Shown here in pieces: positions 47,200-60,700 of a stretch of DNA of 64,000 bases. Origin of the DNA: Vitrella brassicaformis CCMP3155 (taxonomy: Eukaryota; Protista; Chromerida). The position numbers and the translations under genes are program-made. Position 1 is the first letter of the stretch, and every line of letters starts with the position of its first letter. The notes beneath the pieces were generated by a model that saw only the letters and a list, made by a program, of their open reading frames with translations, had not been told where the DNA came from and did no database searches. The DNA lies in contig CDMY01000982.1 in the NCBI GenBank assembly GCA_001179505.1, forward strand, positions 62,001 to 126,000, written 5' to 3'.

Positions 47200-47614
47200 C
47201 GCGGCCGCCACACGAGATGAAGCACGCAAGAAGGCCTTCTCACAGCGAATATCTTTTCTCACGGCTTAGCTCGCAGACCTGTCGTTGCATTTCCCGCGCT
47301 TTGTTCACCACACACATTTGTCCTTTCGTCACGTCATACAGAGTCCCATACATGCATGTGCAGGCACAAAAACCGTCATGGTGCGAATGTCTGTGAGTCT
47401 GTCTGTCTTTCTGTCTGTGTGTCGGTCCTATGTGCTCTATTGATGGATACCCGCCAACGACACACACACAATTCAACCAGCGCCCACCCAGCCCCGACAA
47501 AAACCTCCCCTCAATCGCCTTCATCGACCCACCAACACGGGAAGCATAGCAGCTAGGCAGACATCCGACAGACAGAAAGACTTCCCCCGCCCCGCCCCGC
47601 TCCGCCCACCTGAT

Positions 47615-50600
47615 CTACGGATGCATCCCCATCTCATGGATCTCTTCATCTGTGTATGTGGGCGTCACGGGTGTGCTGAATGCGCCACACGGGTGGCCGG
47701 CAGCAGGGAACGGCCGAGGCGGCAAAGGCAACGGGGCGGGCCGGGGCAGCGCCCCGGATGACCGCCCACCAGCACCAGCGGCTGGCATCACTGGGGCGGC
47801 TGCAGCTGCCACTGGGCTGCCGTCTGCCGTGGCTGTGCGTGTCCGAATGCGAGGCTTGGGGCCTCTTTGCACACTGCGCCCCGCTGACAGACTCGTTGCA
47901 CTTGCCGCAGAAGGCTCCTCGCGTGTCGATGACATTGATGTGGGCTGGTCCCCCTCTGTTGGGTGCTGAGACGCCAGGAGCAGCCGACTCAGCTGTGTCA
48001 GCTGCAGCATCGACGGGCCCCCTCCAGCGATGGCCTGCTGCTGCTGATGGGCGTGAGAGTGGGAATGAGAGTGGGGCGAGGCGGCAGTGGATAAGCCTGC
48101 CCGGCTGCTGGTGCTGACCATGTGAGGGGGCGAGGGGCATGGCGACGACCCAGACGGCGAGGCAGATGACGAGGGAGAGCCGTCCACCATCTGCTGTGGG
48201 CGACCCACTCCCACCACACCCACACCTCCCGGCCCTCCCGAGACACCAACACCCAACCGTCTTGACCTGCGTCGGCCTGTGGGCGGCCGCACGCCGCCTG
48301 CCGTCGCCTCGTTGCCAACTCCTGCTGATGCTGCTGATGCCGCCTGCTCGGACGAGTAGGATGCCGGCAGCGGTGCAAAGGTCACTGTTGCCGCCATGGT
48401 ATTGCCGAGGTGTGTCTGTGTAGGGCGGCTCCTCTCTTGCTGCTGGAGTGCTGCCATGGCCGTCTGAGTGTCTTCGGGGGAATGAACAGGGCTGCCGCCT
48501 CCTTCGCGTGGGTTGCTGGGTGGATTGCTGCTGATGCTGCTGCCTCCATGGCCGTGCAAGAAGGAGGGGCGTCTGCTGGACGGCCGGCCTGTCTGAGATT
48601 GCCGCTGGTAAGAGAGAGACGGCGAGGGGCTGGCGGACGGCAGAGGCGGGGGGCCTCGGATGCCTGCGGGCGACGAGGCGTCATGCGGGAGGGACATCGG
48701 CATGACAGACTGGGGCGACCCCCTGTAGCCCATTGGGGCGGTGGGCGTGCTGGCGTGTATTGGCCGGCCGGAAGTCGTGTTGGTGGTGTTGGTGATGCGG
48801 ACGGGTGAGATCTCGCCGACGCCCGTGACCTGCAGCCGCCTGAGCCGCGCGTTGACCTCGTCGAGGGAAACCTGTGCGCCCCGGGCGAAGGGCGAGAACC
48901 TGCTGGTGGCGCTGGAGTGGCTCCACTGGTCGCAGTCATAGTCATAGTCGACGTCGACATTGTCCAGATCGACGTCGTGGCTGACGCTACCTCTGAAGTA
49001 CACACAGAGAGGAGACACAAACAAGGATAGCAAGCGTGTGGATGGACGAAGGGTCTGTCTGCTCACGTGCTATATGCAGTAGTGGAGGTGGCCGTCGACT
49101 CGACAGCGTCCAACTGAGCAACCACAGCCTGAAATGATCAGCACACAAAGTGCACAGACACCGGCCCGCGAGCTCATTACTTCCTCTGTCTTTCTCACAT
49201 ACATGCAGCTGATGCAGCACATGCGCTTCAGCAGGGGGTCCCTGGGCCGCCGTAGCGGTCCCGCTGCCCACCACAGTGGGATGATGGGCAGTGGGCTGCC
49301 CTCCTGTCGAAGGCTGGCTGTCGGACGGTGTGTGTTGGTTGCTGGGTGGGATGCGTGGGGAGGGGGCGACGGTGTTGCAGGGCGTCTGGGGATGAAGACG
49401 GGGCCAGAAAGGGGCAGGCTCTTCTTCGCAACTGCCCTCTTCTGATAAAACACACAGACAACAGAGGTGAGGCGAGGCGAGATGTGATGTGTGGGGATTG
49501 CAAGCAATGTTGCAATGGTCGGCTCACTCACCTGGACGTCTCAGTCGGTTGTGCACTTCGTTTCGGAACAAAGCCGTTGCCAGTCCCCCCATGTCCACCT
49601 CCCTCCCATCCACACCACCACCACCACCACCGGCATTCACTTCGCCTGTGCCTTCCCCATGCGGCCCTTGGCCTTGGGGATACAGCCTCGGATACGGCCG
49701 GCCGCCCCGCCTCACCCCCCTGCGCATCCGCCTCCCTCGCGCGCGCCAACACTGAGTCGCTGTCGCCGCATCAGACACCGCACGTGGCCGGGCCCTCACC
49801 ACAGGCGACTGGGCGTCCCCTTGCGGCTGCTGCTGCTGCTCGTCGGTCGGCTGCTGCTGCTGGTGATGGTATGTGTCTTGGGTGCCAGGCTGCCCTCCCC
49901 CCTCTGCTGGCGTGGCGGACTCCGACGGCTCATCCGGCGTGTCGTTGTCATTATAGTTGTGTTCGGCAAGTGTGGGTGTATCGGGCGGTGGAACGGGGAC
50001 GGCGTGTGCGTGTGGTAGAGGCGCCCTGCCCTCCGCAGCCATGACCATCACGGGCCTCGACTCAGGCGACGTGAAGAGCGAGACAGAGCCGCGCCGGCCG
50101 CCATAGGCCACTGACAGCATTGGGTGGTCGGGGTAGGACGACGGCGTGTACGCGGGAGAGGGAAAGGGCGGCGAGGGGGAGGCAGGGCTGGCAGTGCTGT
50201 CCCGAACAGTGCCGAACGGTCTTGCATCGTGCCCGTGCCCCCTCTCCCCCAGCGGCAGGTGCAGCTTCTGCCTCGTCGACGACCATGGAGACGACGCGTT
50301 TGAGGGCACAGAGGATCCAGGGGCTGGGGGGAGTGGGGGCCGGAGCGTGGGGCTGCCCGCTTCATTGGGGTGGGGGTAGGCCGCTGGGCGCACCACAGTG
50401 GGGAAGTCTGGCGCAGAGGCGAGAGGCGGGAGGGACACAGAGGGGCTGAGCGGACAGGACGGTGTGCGCGTGTTGGAGGCCGGGCTGCGGCTGCTGCATT
50501 GGTAGACGCCCTTCTTTGTGGCCTCTAGCTGATCCTCGAACCGGAAGCCGCCATTTCCATCGCTCCTCTCCCTCTTGACGACTGCGGCTGTTCTGGCGGG

Positions 50601-53600
50601 TTTGGGCGACCCAGAGACAGAGCTAGTGGCGCTGGGGTGGAAGGGCGACGGCGCCTGGCCAGCGGAGAAGGGCGAGCCGCAGCCTCCCCCGCTGCTCACA
50701 TTCACGCTCACGTGCTGCAGGTAGTAGTGGGGGCGGGGCCGGGGGAACTGATGCAGCTGGTGCTGATTTGGGAATGGCCGTGGGCTCGCGTGGTCGGCGT
50801 GTGCCGCCTCGGTGTCGCGATGCCACATGACGCCCGACGCTGCTGCTGCTGTCGCGATGCTGGAAGAAGACACATTGGCTGACGAAGACACATTTGCCGG
50901 CGGCCGACTGACCCATCCCCGAGCCGTGGGCGACGGCGAGCCAGAGATTGATGGCGCGGGTGTGGATGGCGGGAGTGGAGAGCCGCCCGTCGCATCGACC
51001 GGGGCGCACGGCAACTGATGCAGGGGCAGGCTCACCTGCAGCTCGCGACGATGGAAAGACGAAGAAGAAGAAGAGCCCGCCTCTTCGTTGCCGTCTTCAC
51101 CCACACCGTCTCCATCACACTCGCCATCCATGTCGCATTCGTCCTCTTCCTGAATGTTCTCAACGCCGTGGACATAGCGGCTCCTCTGTGTGTGTGGGTG
51201 GGCCGGTTTGGTGAACAGCCGAGTGCGGCTCTCAGGCTGAGAGAAAGGGGGCGTGGGGGGGCTGCCGGCGATCGGTGTGTTGGGAGGGGCTGTCCGCAGC
51301 GGCGAGCCCGACACGGAAGATGCCGTTGCCGGTGTGAGCGTCTTGCTGTCCCTCTCCCTCTCCCTCTCTCTGTCCGCTTCTTCGAATGAGAAAGAAGGCG
51401 TCCTCGTGAGGGCTGGAGTGCGGCACGATTGAGCATACGTCAGCCGAGAGGCCGACAAAGCCGCTTGTCGCTGCTGGGATGACGACGGTTGGTGCTGCTG
51501 TTGGAGGTGGAAGGGGTGAACCGGCAAGCCGCTCGCATTCCAACTCGGATTGCCCGCCGGGGTGACGAAGGCGGGAGGGGTCTCCTGGCTCGATGGCGAC
51601 TGCACAGGCGAGTGTGCCTGTGACTGTGAGTGGGACATGGCTGAGAAGAAGGCCGCTGACGACGCGGGAGAAGGCGCCATCTGCTCGGGGGAGCTGCCCG
51701 TCGACCCAACAGAGGCCTCGATCGCCGCGGCAACCTGGGCGTTCCGCGTCTGGATGGCCTTGTCAACGGAGGACGACGGCAGTATCTGTGGCTGCTCAGC
51801 CACCCCCTCCCTCTCCCTCTCCCTGACAACATCGCCGCTCTGCACAGGATGAGGTGTGCATTGGACGTAGGAAGGGCTGAGGGATCCCTGCTTGTAGGGG
51901 GTGTTCCACGGCGTGGGGGCGCCGTCCTGAGCCGAGCACTCAGAATACCGAGTGGGGGAGCCGTCCTTGCCCTTGCCCCCATCTGTATCTCGTACTCCAT
52001 CTGCAGACGGCTGGGCTGCAGTGGGGGCCTTCCTGCTGCTGTTGTGGGTGGTGGTGATGGTTGTGTGTGTGAGCGACTGCAGGAAGGGCAGGGACACAGA
52101 CACGCCCGCTGCTGTGGAGATGGCGCTGTTGGCCGTCGGTGCTGCTGCTGGTGCCGCTAGTGCTGCGCCTGACGCGTGAATGGCGCCGTTGGCTGTGGCT
52201 ATGTTGAAGTCCACTCGCAGCTTGGATGGACGCCGGGCGACATAGGCGGCCGATGAAGAAGGGCCGCCACCAACACCCGCATCATCACTGCACACACCGT
52301 AGCCCCACATAGATGCTGAGCTGAGTGCACAGCCGTGTTTTTGTATTCACTCACCCGGTGATGGTGGATTCCTCTCTGCCATTGTCGTCAGTGTCAGGAT
52401 GGTAGCCATTGGTCAGCCCCCCTGTCGGATGCGCCTCACTGGTCGACATCACCGTCTCAGTCTCACAGGACGACTCTCCCTCTCCCTCCCCATAGCCGCC
52501 GCCTCCGATGAAGCCCGTCGACGCAACGTCGGTCTCCCCGTCAGTGTCATCGCGCTTCGGCTTCTCCTGACCGGTGCCCTCCCCATTGGTCAGCACGTAG
52601 GCGGGACGCGGCGCCTGGACGACAGTGCTGGTGGTGGTGGTGTGGTGGTGGCCCTTTGTTGCTAACGAGCTGTTGTTGAACTGCAGCTTGACTCCCTTGC
52701 CCTGCCGCCGGGCCCCATTCACACCGACACCGACCTCACCGCCATTTGGCGTGACGCTGCCACCATTCTCAGGCAGCCGGGCGGAGTCCATCTGCGCAGT
52801 GCTGGTGGGGGGCGGCGAGTGCAGCTGCAGGCTCCTGCGGAGGCCCCTGTCGTTGAGGACTCGCAGGGCCTTGAGCAAGGTGGCTGGCGTGGCCTCTTCG
52901 GGCGGCTGCAGGTCCACACTCGCACTCCCGTCAGAACCCCCAGACGCCAGAGGCTGCACAGTGAATGTCACAGACAGACAAGCACAGCGAGACCCTCACT
53001 GCTGCCAACCGGCTGTGTTTCCGGATGTGTGTGTACCTGCGACGAGGCTATGTAGAGCTGTCCTCCTCCTTCGTTTTGCGCGTCGCTGGCGGTCCATCGC
53101 TGTCGTCCGTCAGGTGTGGGCGGCTTGGGCGAGGAGTGTGCCAGCAGCTGCAGTGCCCTCGACAGCACCGCCGCAGTACCCGCCGCACCCTCACCCTCGC
53201 AGCCAGTCTGGTTGAGCGGTGTCGGTGTGGGAGTCCTTGCCGCCGGGAAGGGCACCAACGCCGCTGTCCCTCCCTCGTCGCTCATCGGTGTCCTTCCTCT
53301 ATGCTCACACTGGGCGAGTGAGGAGGGTAGGCAGTCACTCTTCCTTATGGGTTCCTCAGCTCTTTGCCGGGCGAGTGGTGACGCCCTATGGAGACCACCC
53401 GCTCGCTCTTTGGCTCTTTCCTTTCCATTTTGTTGACCTCTTTAAGCTCGCAAGCTCGCAGAAGATTTGTGATTGTTTGCATTGCGGGTGCCCCGTTCAC
53501 ACATGCGCGCAACACACGAGGCCACAACGCAGCTACTCCGAGTCCATTCAGCCACACTTCTCCACTGCCTTATCTGTACGCCGGACGGCCACCGCGAGAA

Positions 53601-56600
53601 TCCCCCACACCCGAGTCTCGTGTGTCTGGCAGCAGACGCCTCTCCATCCCCTGCTGCAGCAGCATCCCCGACGAAGAGGGCGGCGGCATGCCCATACCCA
53701 TCTCTCGACCCCTCATGTATGTGCCACCCACAGTGGCGTCATCCCTCTCCCTCACGCCCAGAGCGGCAAAGGGCCCCCTCTCGGGTGTCATCTCAGCGTG
53801 GAGGTGGGGGGCTGTGCCTCTTGGGGGCGACTGGCGGGATGGGGGGCCGCCGCTGGCACTCAGACCACTGGCGGAGGGGGGCGACGAGAAGTCGTCGATT
53901 TCTTGGGACTCTACGTCGATGTCGACATCGTCGGGCTGGCTCTCATCTGCATGACACAAACAGACGTGTGCGTGGGCGTGTTGTGGTGGCAGGATGGGCT
54001 CGCGACTTGGCTAACCTAGCTCGTCTCGTACGTAGCGGTCCCCTCCTCCCTGCTGCTGCTGCTGCTGCTCCCCCCGTTTGTGTGTGGCGAGTATGCAGAG
54101 GCTCGTGCAGGAGGCGCACGTCATGCAGGCGATCAGCGTCAGTATCAGCACCACATACCTGCACCCACACAGAGATACACACACAATGAGTGGCTACATG
54201 TTTGTGTGTGTGTACCATTGCTGCCAAAATCGTATGACACTGCATTTCTTGGTGAAGGCGAAGACGAGCGGCTCGAAGGCCGCGTTGCTGGCGTTCAGGC
54301 CGATGGGCAAAGTGACCTCTACCCTGCTCTCCCCGCTGCTGCGGCACCTGTACTCTATCACCACGTCCACATCGCTAGACTTTTCCGTCAGGTTGGCCCC
54401 ATACGCAAGAGCACCTGCACACACATTGAATCTGTGTATGGGCCTCCTTCTCTCTCTCTCTCTCTCTCTCTGTCTGGGCGGGTTTTTAGGTGTACCGGCG
54501 ACATTGGCTGTGAGCACATCGGGCCGTGACACCTTGACCACAGGCGAATGCAGCACCAACGGCACAGGAGCCTGTGCACACAGACACACCACAAACACGG
54601 ATGCCATGAAGCCCATTTATATTGGTGCTGATGTGTGGTGCCGACTGCCGGCTGACTGACCCCCTGGTTGGCGTGCATCTGTCTGAGTGGAGCGAGCGAC
54701 ACCGTGAAGGTTGACCGGTCCTCCTCCGGCGGCAGCACCACTACCGGATTCACCTCGTCCCAATCAGCACTGGCCGCACCCTTCACACACATACACACAC
54801 ACACACACAGACACGCATTTCCACACAAATGCGCCTTCACACACACGGGGAGCCTCTTTACCTGTGTGAGGACGTAAGGGTGTGTTTCGAGGTCTGACTG
54901 TATGGTGACGTCTTTCCGCGGCCCGCCGCATCGCTTCTCCCATGAGAGTGAGACACCCTCAAACAGAGCGAAGCTCAGCTGATCATCCGGCACAGAAGCA
55001 CAGTAAACATATCTGCCAGCCATGGGCTGTCAGTCTCGCTCTCTCCCTCCCTCCCTCTCTCTCCCTCTCTCCCTCTCTCTGATGTGCGTACGGCCATGGT
55101 GCACGTGGTGACTCCCGGTGAGCGTGTGGTGGGGTTGCACTTGTAGAAGACGTCCAGACGGTCGGGTGACGACGGGGAGGCCGCTGTGGCAGATGTGGTG
55201 GCCGCACTGACCTGCACCACACTGGAGTCCTCGCACGACACAGACACTGAGGGCGACTGCTCGTCCAGCTCCTGATGGTACGGCTGCATGGCAGGGAGAC
55301 ACACAGATGAAGAGAAGATGGGTGTGGGAGCGGGGGAGAGGGGTGTGTGTGCGTGTGGTCGGACGGCGTATTGGATGAAGAAGGATGATCGCTGGAAGAT
55401 GTTGTCCACTGCCGGGGGGTTGGCCGTCAGCACACCGTCGCGCACCTGCATCCCCACATTCACCCACCCGTTGTCCCTATCATCCTTGTGTGTTTCTTCG
55501 TGTGTGGCACGCACGAGATCTGTGAGGTTTTGGTCCGATGTGCCGACGTGGAAGCCCTCTCGATACCTCCCGCCGCATTTCTTCAGGAAAGACAGAGTCA
55601 ACGGCCGATATGGCTGATACACCGGTGCGGGGGACACCTGCCCACAAATCAGTCAGACGCACATGGACATGGATCGTGTGTTTGTTCTAATAGGGAGTGC
55701 CTGCCTTGAGTTCTACGAGAGCCGTCCCTGGCCTGAGGCATTCGAACGTCAGGGTGACGTCCTTGACGCTGCCCTCCTCCAGCACGCCGCCGTCCTGCAA
55801 CGCGCCACCATACCTACACGCACATATAGCGCCGCGATCATTGCCTTTGTTGCTTTCCTCTGCCTGCTCACCTGATGGCCAGTATGCTCGGCATTGTTGC
55901 CGATGTGGGTGTGGCCGTGGGTGCATATGTGGGCGTGTATGCCTCCTCCCCTCCGTCATGGGTGAGCGTCGCCCCAGCCCCCAGCCGCCTTCCGTGGTGC
56001 AGAGGGATGAAGGGCACTGCGGACCCACCGGGGTGCATCGTCATCGTCATCTGCTGGAGGGAGTTGACATCGGTGTTGAGCCGCTGCTGCAGGTAGAAGT
56101 CCTGCAGCTGGGACTGAGAGGGGGCCTCATGGGCGGCCCCATCGGCTTGATACGACAACCACCACGGCCGCCACCACACGCCCTGCTGCTGCAGCCGTCT
56201 GGCCTCTCGCTGGCCGACAAGGAGGAGGGACCGCCATGATGAGAGTTCCGATGGGCTGATGGTGTCACTCTGATGCACACAGGGAGGGGAGGGGGAAGGC
56301 AGAGATTGCAGATCGAGGCGTGAGTCCCCCACCTTCCCGGCTCTCATTGCCAGTGTGGGTGGGGCGAGTCACTCACTTGTCGGTCGGAGAGGGTCTTAAT
56401 GTTGGCCTGGAACGCGTCGATGGTCTGCTCGCGGTCGTGGCCGCCTGGCGTGTCAAGGGTGAGGTAGAGGGGCAGCTCAAAGGTGGTGAAGGGCACAATG
56501 CGGCTCACGGCCGTCTCCTGCACACAGACGCACACACAGAGGGGACAGTGAGGACCCCCCACACATACCCACAACCACACTTGCGCTCACACACGCACCT

Positions 56601-57580
56601 GTGTCCACATGCCTTCCCCGTCATTGGCCACATCCGTCCGCAACGGCGCCTCAGTGAGGGAAATCCCAAGCCCAGGCCGCCTCTCGTCGGTGCACTCCTT
56701 GACGAACGACCAAGACGGCCGCGTGAAGGCGTCAGAGAGGTGGAGGGAAAGCGACACTGTCGACGAACCGCGAGAATGGCACTCGTAACCGAGCTGACAT
56801 TCCAATGGGGTTGTTACAAGAGAGAAAGACACACATAAAGAGGTGTGTAGGTGCGTGCGTGTGTGTTTTGGTGGGGAAGGGTAGCGGGCATGGCTGGCTG
56901 ACCGTGAGCACAGTGGGGCTGTGTGTGTCTTTGACGAGGTCGGCGCTCCTCTTGCTGACCACCGACACCACCCCAGGGGACCCCACAGTCACATCCACAC
57001 CGCTCAACGCCTCAACATCGCCCTCCGTCGTCAGCTCTATCCAAAACCTGCACACACACGCACACAGGCACACACGTATGGCCGTGTGTACGTCCCTCCA
57101 CCTCTCTCTTTCAGCACAGCACCTGGTTTTGTGTTCAGGGGCTGTGACGATGGACGGTTCAGCAAGGCCCCACCCCGGCTGTGCCTGCCCGTCCCGATAT
57201 ATGTCCACCCCACCTCTCTCCAGCCCAATGGACAACCCTTTGCGGCCGATTGGATGTCCCACGCCCACGTGGAAGACCGATGGGTGCGGGGCGACGTCAT
57301 CGTCGTCGTTGTTGTTGATGGTCTCGATGAAAGAGAAGGGGCGGGAAGGGGCTGGGGCTGGTTGCTCGGCCTGCTGCCTTCTGCGCCCGTTACTGTTTAT
57401 CTGCAGATAGCTGCTGCTAGTGCGGGTGCCGCGGCCTTCGTCCTCGTAGGTCGCACTGCGGTTGTTGACGGACAGCACCCCATCCCGACTGCCATGGTCA
57501 TCAGCAGCACGTGCACCAGCAGCAGCGCAAGTCAGCAGAGCCGCAAATAGAAGGAGGGCTATGGAGATCCTCGATGGCAT
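47615..57580 (-). CDS. Large type I membrane protein: signal peptide, four Cys-bracketed beta-rich modules, Cys-rich TM helix, ~1900-aa disordered Ser/Pro-rich tail
   Basis: MPSRISIALLLFAALLTCAAAGARA signal peptide; modules of form [YF]xC..G...P..[FW]xKxC; TM YVVLILTLIACMTCASCTSLCILA (~54080-54150); long open exons 49524-52310 and 47615-48995. Continuity of the tail exons is inferred. Confidence 0.65.
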
Positions 57581-57725
57581 AGAGAATGCCGCCGCTGCTG
57601 CTCAGGCCTCAAACAATGGTGTCGCCATCTGGGGGCGTAGGCGCGGCTATGGCTGGCCATTCATGCCTCCTTGAGAACAACAACCGTCAAAAGGCCTCCC
57701 TTTTTTACAGATTTTTGTAAACGGA
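57581..57725. promoter_or_regulatory. Putative bidirectional promoter (membrane protein / FANCD2)
   Basis: Divergent ATGs at 57580 and 57726, 145 bp apart. Confidence 0.5.
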
Positions 57726-60700
57726 ATGCGCCGGGGGAGAAAAATGAATAAGAAGTCGTTGCTGGAGCTGTTTGCCACTCACGGCTGTGAGTACAAGCCC
57801 GGTGACAACGGCGATGCCATTGGACTCGACGGAGGCGCCTCAGCGTGCTTCCACCTCACAGTGTCGTCCAAAACCCTCAAAGACCGCCTCACAGCCGCGC
57901 TCACCTCAACCACCAGCAACAGCACAGACGCACCCACGCTCGTATCCGCCGTCAAGCGGCACATCCTCGCACCCAATCCCCAGGACAACGACACAGACAC
58001 AGACCTGCAGACGGCCTTCCTGCTGCCCTTCTCGGTGGAGGACGCAGTGCTCGATGCGGTGCATGTGGACGGGGAGAGTGGGAGAGGGCGGGGAGCGGTG
58101 GGGGTGATGCGGGCCGAGAACGTCTTCGCCGACTACGGCTCGGCGTCGCTCTGCCGCCTGCTGCTGTCCATTGACACGGGCGGGCTGCAGCGGCTCCTGG
58201 CCAAGGCGCTCATTGATCTGCTGAACGAGAAGGTGGTGGATGGCATGGTTGACGACGCCATGTGGCTGCCTAGCACGCTGTCGCAGGGGATGCCACTGGG
58301 GATGGGTATCGGCGGGAGGGGATCGGACGCCAACATTCCTCAGCTGATACTCAAACAGTTCCGGTGAGCATGGGAGGGGAAGAGGAGGAGCCAGGCACTG
58401 TGTGTATGTGGGCATCGTTTGCTGTGTTTGTGTTGTGGGTGTGTATGGGTGCATTGCATGTGTGTAGGTACATGGAGGGTCGTGTTGAGGGTTTGGTGGA
58501 GGGGCTGCTGGACGTATTCGAACTCGCTGACAACATGCCAAAAGCAAAGGTGGCGCACTTTCATCCACACCACCATCACCACAATGAACACACCACTCCA
58601 TCCTTTCGCCATCCTGTGTCGGGATGCAGAGGGAGGTCCTGCGTCTGCTGCCGTCGCTGACCACGCGCGAGGAGGACAGGAGCACGATGCTCAAGCGGCT
58701 GCAGGCCTACCTCGAGAACGACACCAGCAACGGCGGCAATCTGCAGGAGATCGACGATGACGACGACCTTGATGGGGACGACATGGGCAGAAACACCGCA
58801 CGCGCGAGGAAAGCCGCCGACGACAAAGTCGTGTCGGTGCGCAAACATCCACACCCACCGACACACAGAGAGCCGTTGATAGGTCGATACACTGCGGTTA
58901 GTGTGGTGGTGTGGTGTGGTGTGGTGTGTAGGCCGACGTATTGGAGTGTTTGTCGTGCATGCATCTAGACGCCCAGACCCGCGAGACCATCACCGACATC
59001 GCACTGGGCCTTCTCCCATACCTTCCTGACACAGAATGGCCGGTGAGTACAGAGAGCACCTCACCCACAGACGCCCCACGGCCCTCTGTACACTCATTGA
59101 CGGATGGATTTGTGCAGACGTTGATCCGCTTCCTGGCCAGCCACACCCCGCCCCCCTTTTATGACGACCTCTACGCCGCCCTCAAGAAGAACCTCGACAT
59201 CGCAGGCATCTTCAAACACGCCAACCAGCCCCCACTCGGTCGCAAGAACAACGGCGGAGGCAATCGCGGCCGTGAGCGTGACGAAGAAGGCGACGAGCTC
59301 ATGGGAGTGGATGAAGTGGGGGCGGGAGGAGGGGCTGGAGGTGCGGGTGCCGTGGTGGTGGAGGTGCCGGGGTGCAAGTGGATCACAAAGACCTTCGATG
59401 TGCTCAGGGTTAGTTCTGGGGCAGACAGCAGACAGACAGACACACACACACAGACACACAGACACACAGACACACAGACAGACACACAGACGGACCACCG
59501 CATGCCGTGTGTGTGTTGTGTGCGTCATCCATTCATCCATCCATCAGTCGACTCTCCAGGTCAACGCCCCCTTAGCCCGCTTCTTCGCCAAGAAAGTCGC
59601 AAAGGTTACATACACACAACCTCCCCACGCCCACACACCATCACCCCTTCTACCCCCCCTCTCTCTCTCTGCACAGATCGCAGGTGCAAGGGTAGCTGAC
59701 AACAACAACGATGACGACGACTTCCCTCCCCTCTCGCCCAAGTCGAGCCATTCGGCAGGTGGCGGCCCCCAGCCACACTCATTCGCAGGTAAGGCAATAT
59801 CAACACTGCGACAATGGAATCGCCTGTGAGACATCATCCTTGTGGGCAGAGTTTGAGCTGCTTTTGTTGACCATTCTCATGGAGACCAAGGCGGATGTGG
59901 GCGGAGGGGGCAAGAGGGCGTTTGGTGGTGGTGGCAATGGTGGCAATGGTGGGAATGGTGGGTGTCCCACTGCCCATGAGGTGCTGCTCACGGCGCTTCG
60001 AAACGAGAAAGTGAAGCTGCTTAAGGTGAGGAAAAGACCAAAGCGTGCAGGTAGCTACATCTCTGTGTCGGTCCATCTTTCTCTCTGTGCGTGTGAAGGT
60101 ATTGGAGTTTGTGCGTTCGGCGCCTGTGCCAGTGGTGCGTCTGTTGTCTGGCGGCATGACCCAGCTGCTCGTGGTGACGACCAAGCACGTGGCCATGCAG
60201 AATCACTCAGGGGGCTGCGGGGCGTTCCCATCCTCCAGCAGCAAGACGCAGCACCCACACGCATTCACCCCACATGGCATACGACAGGTGAGCAAGGGTG
60301 TCTTTGCCCTCATCCACACACACCACTCTTTGCCCCTCTCTCTCCGCTCAGCTGCTCAACATCTATCTCTCGGTGTTTGACGCCTTCGACAAATCCCAGA
60401 GGAAGCAGCTCATCAAGATGCTCCTCGCACATGTGACTTCCCCCACCCACAGCAATGCCACATCGGCATCATCGGCAGCAGCATCGACAGCTGCATCAGC
60501 CAAGCCCGACAAGACACCGGCCAAGGCCACCGCACTGGGCAAAAGGGGCGGCGGCCTGGCGCTGCCTTTGGCTGACCTGGGATGCGCAGACACCGTTGCC
60601 AGCAACTCGCCTGGTATACATATCGCAGACCTTCTCTCTCCACCTCTCCACCTCTCCACCGCACACAAACAAATTCACATGTGTGTGTGTTTGTCAGGGT

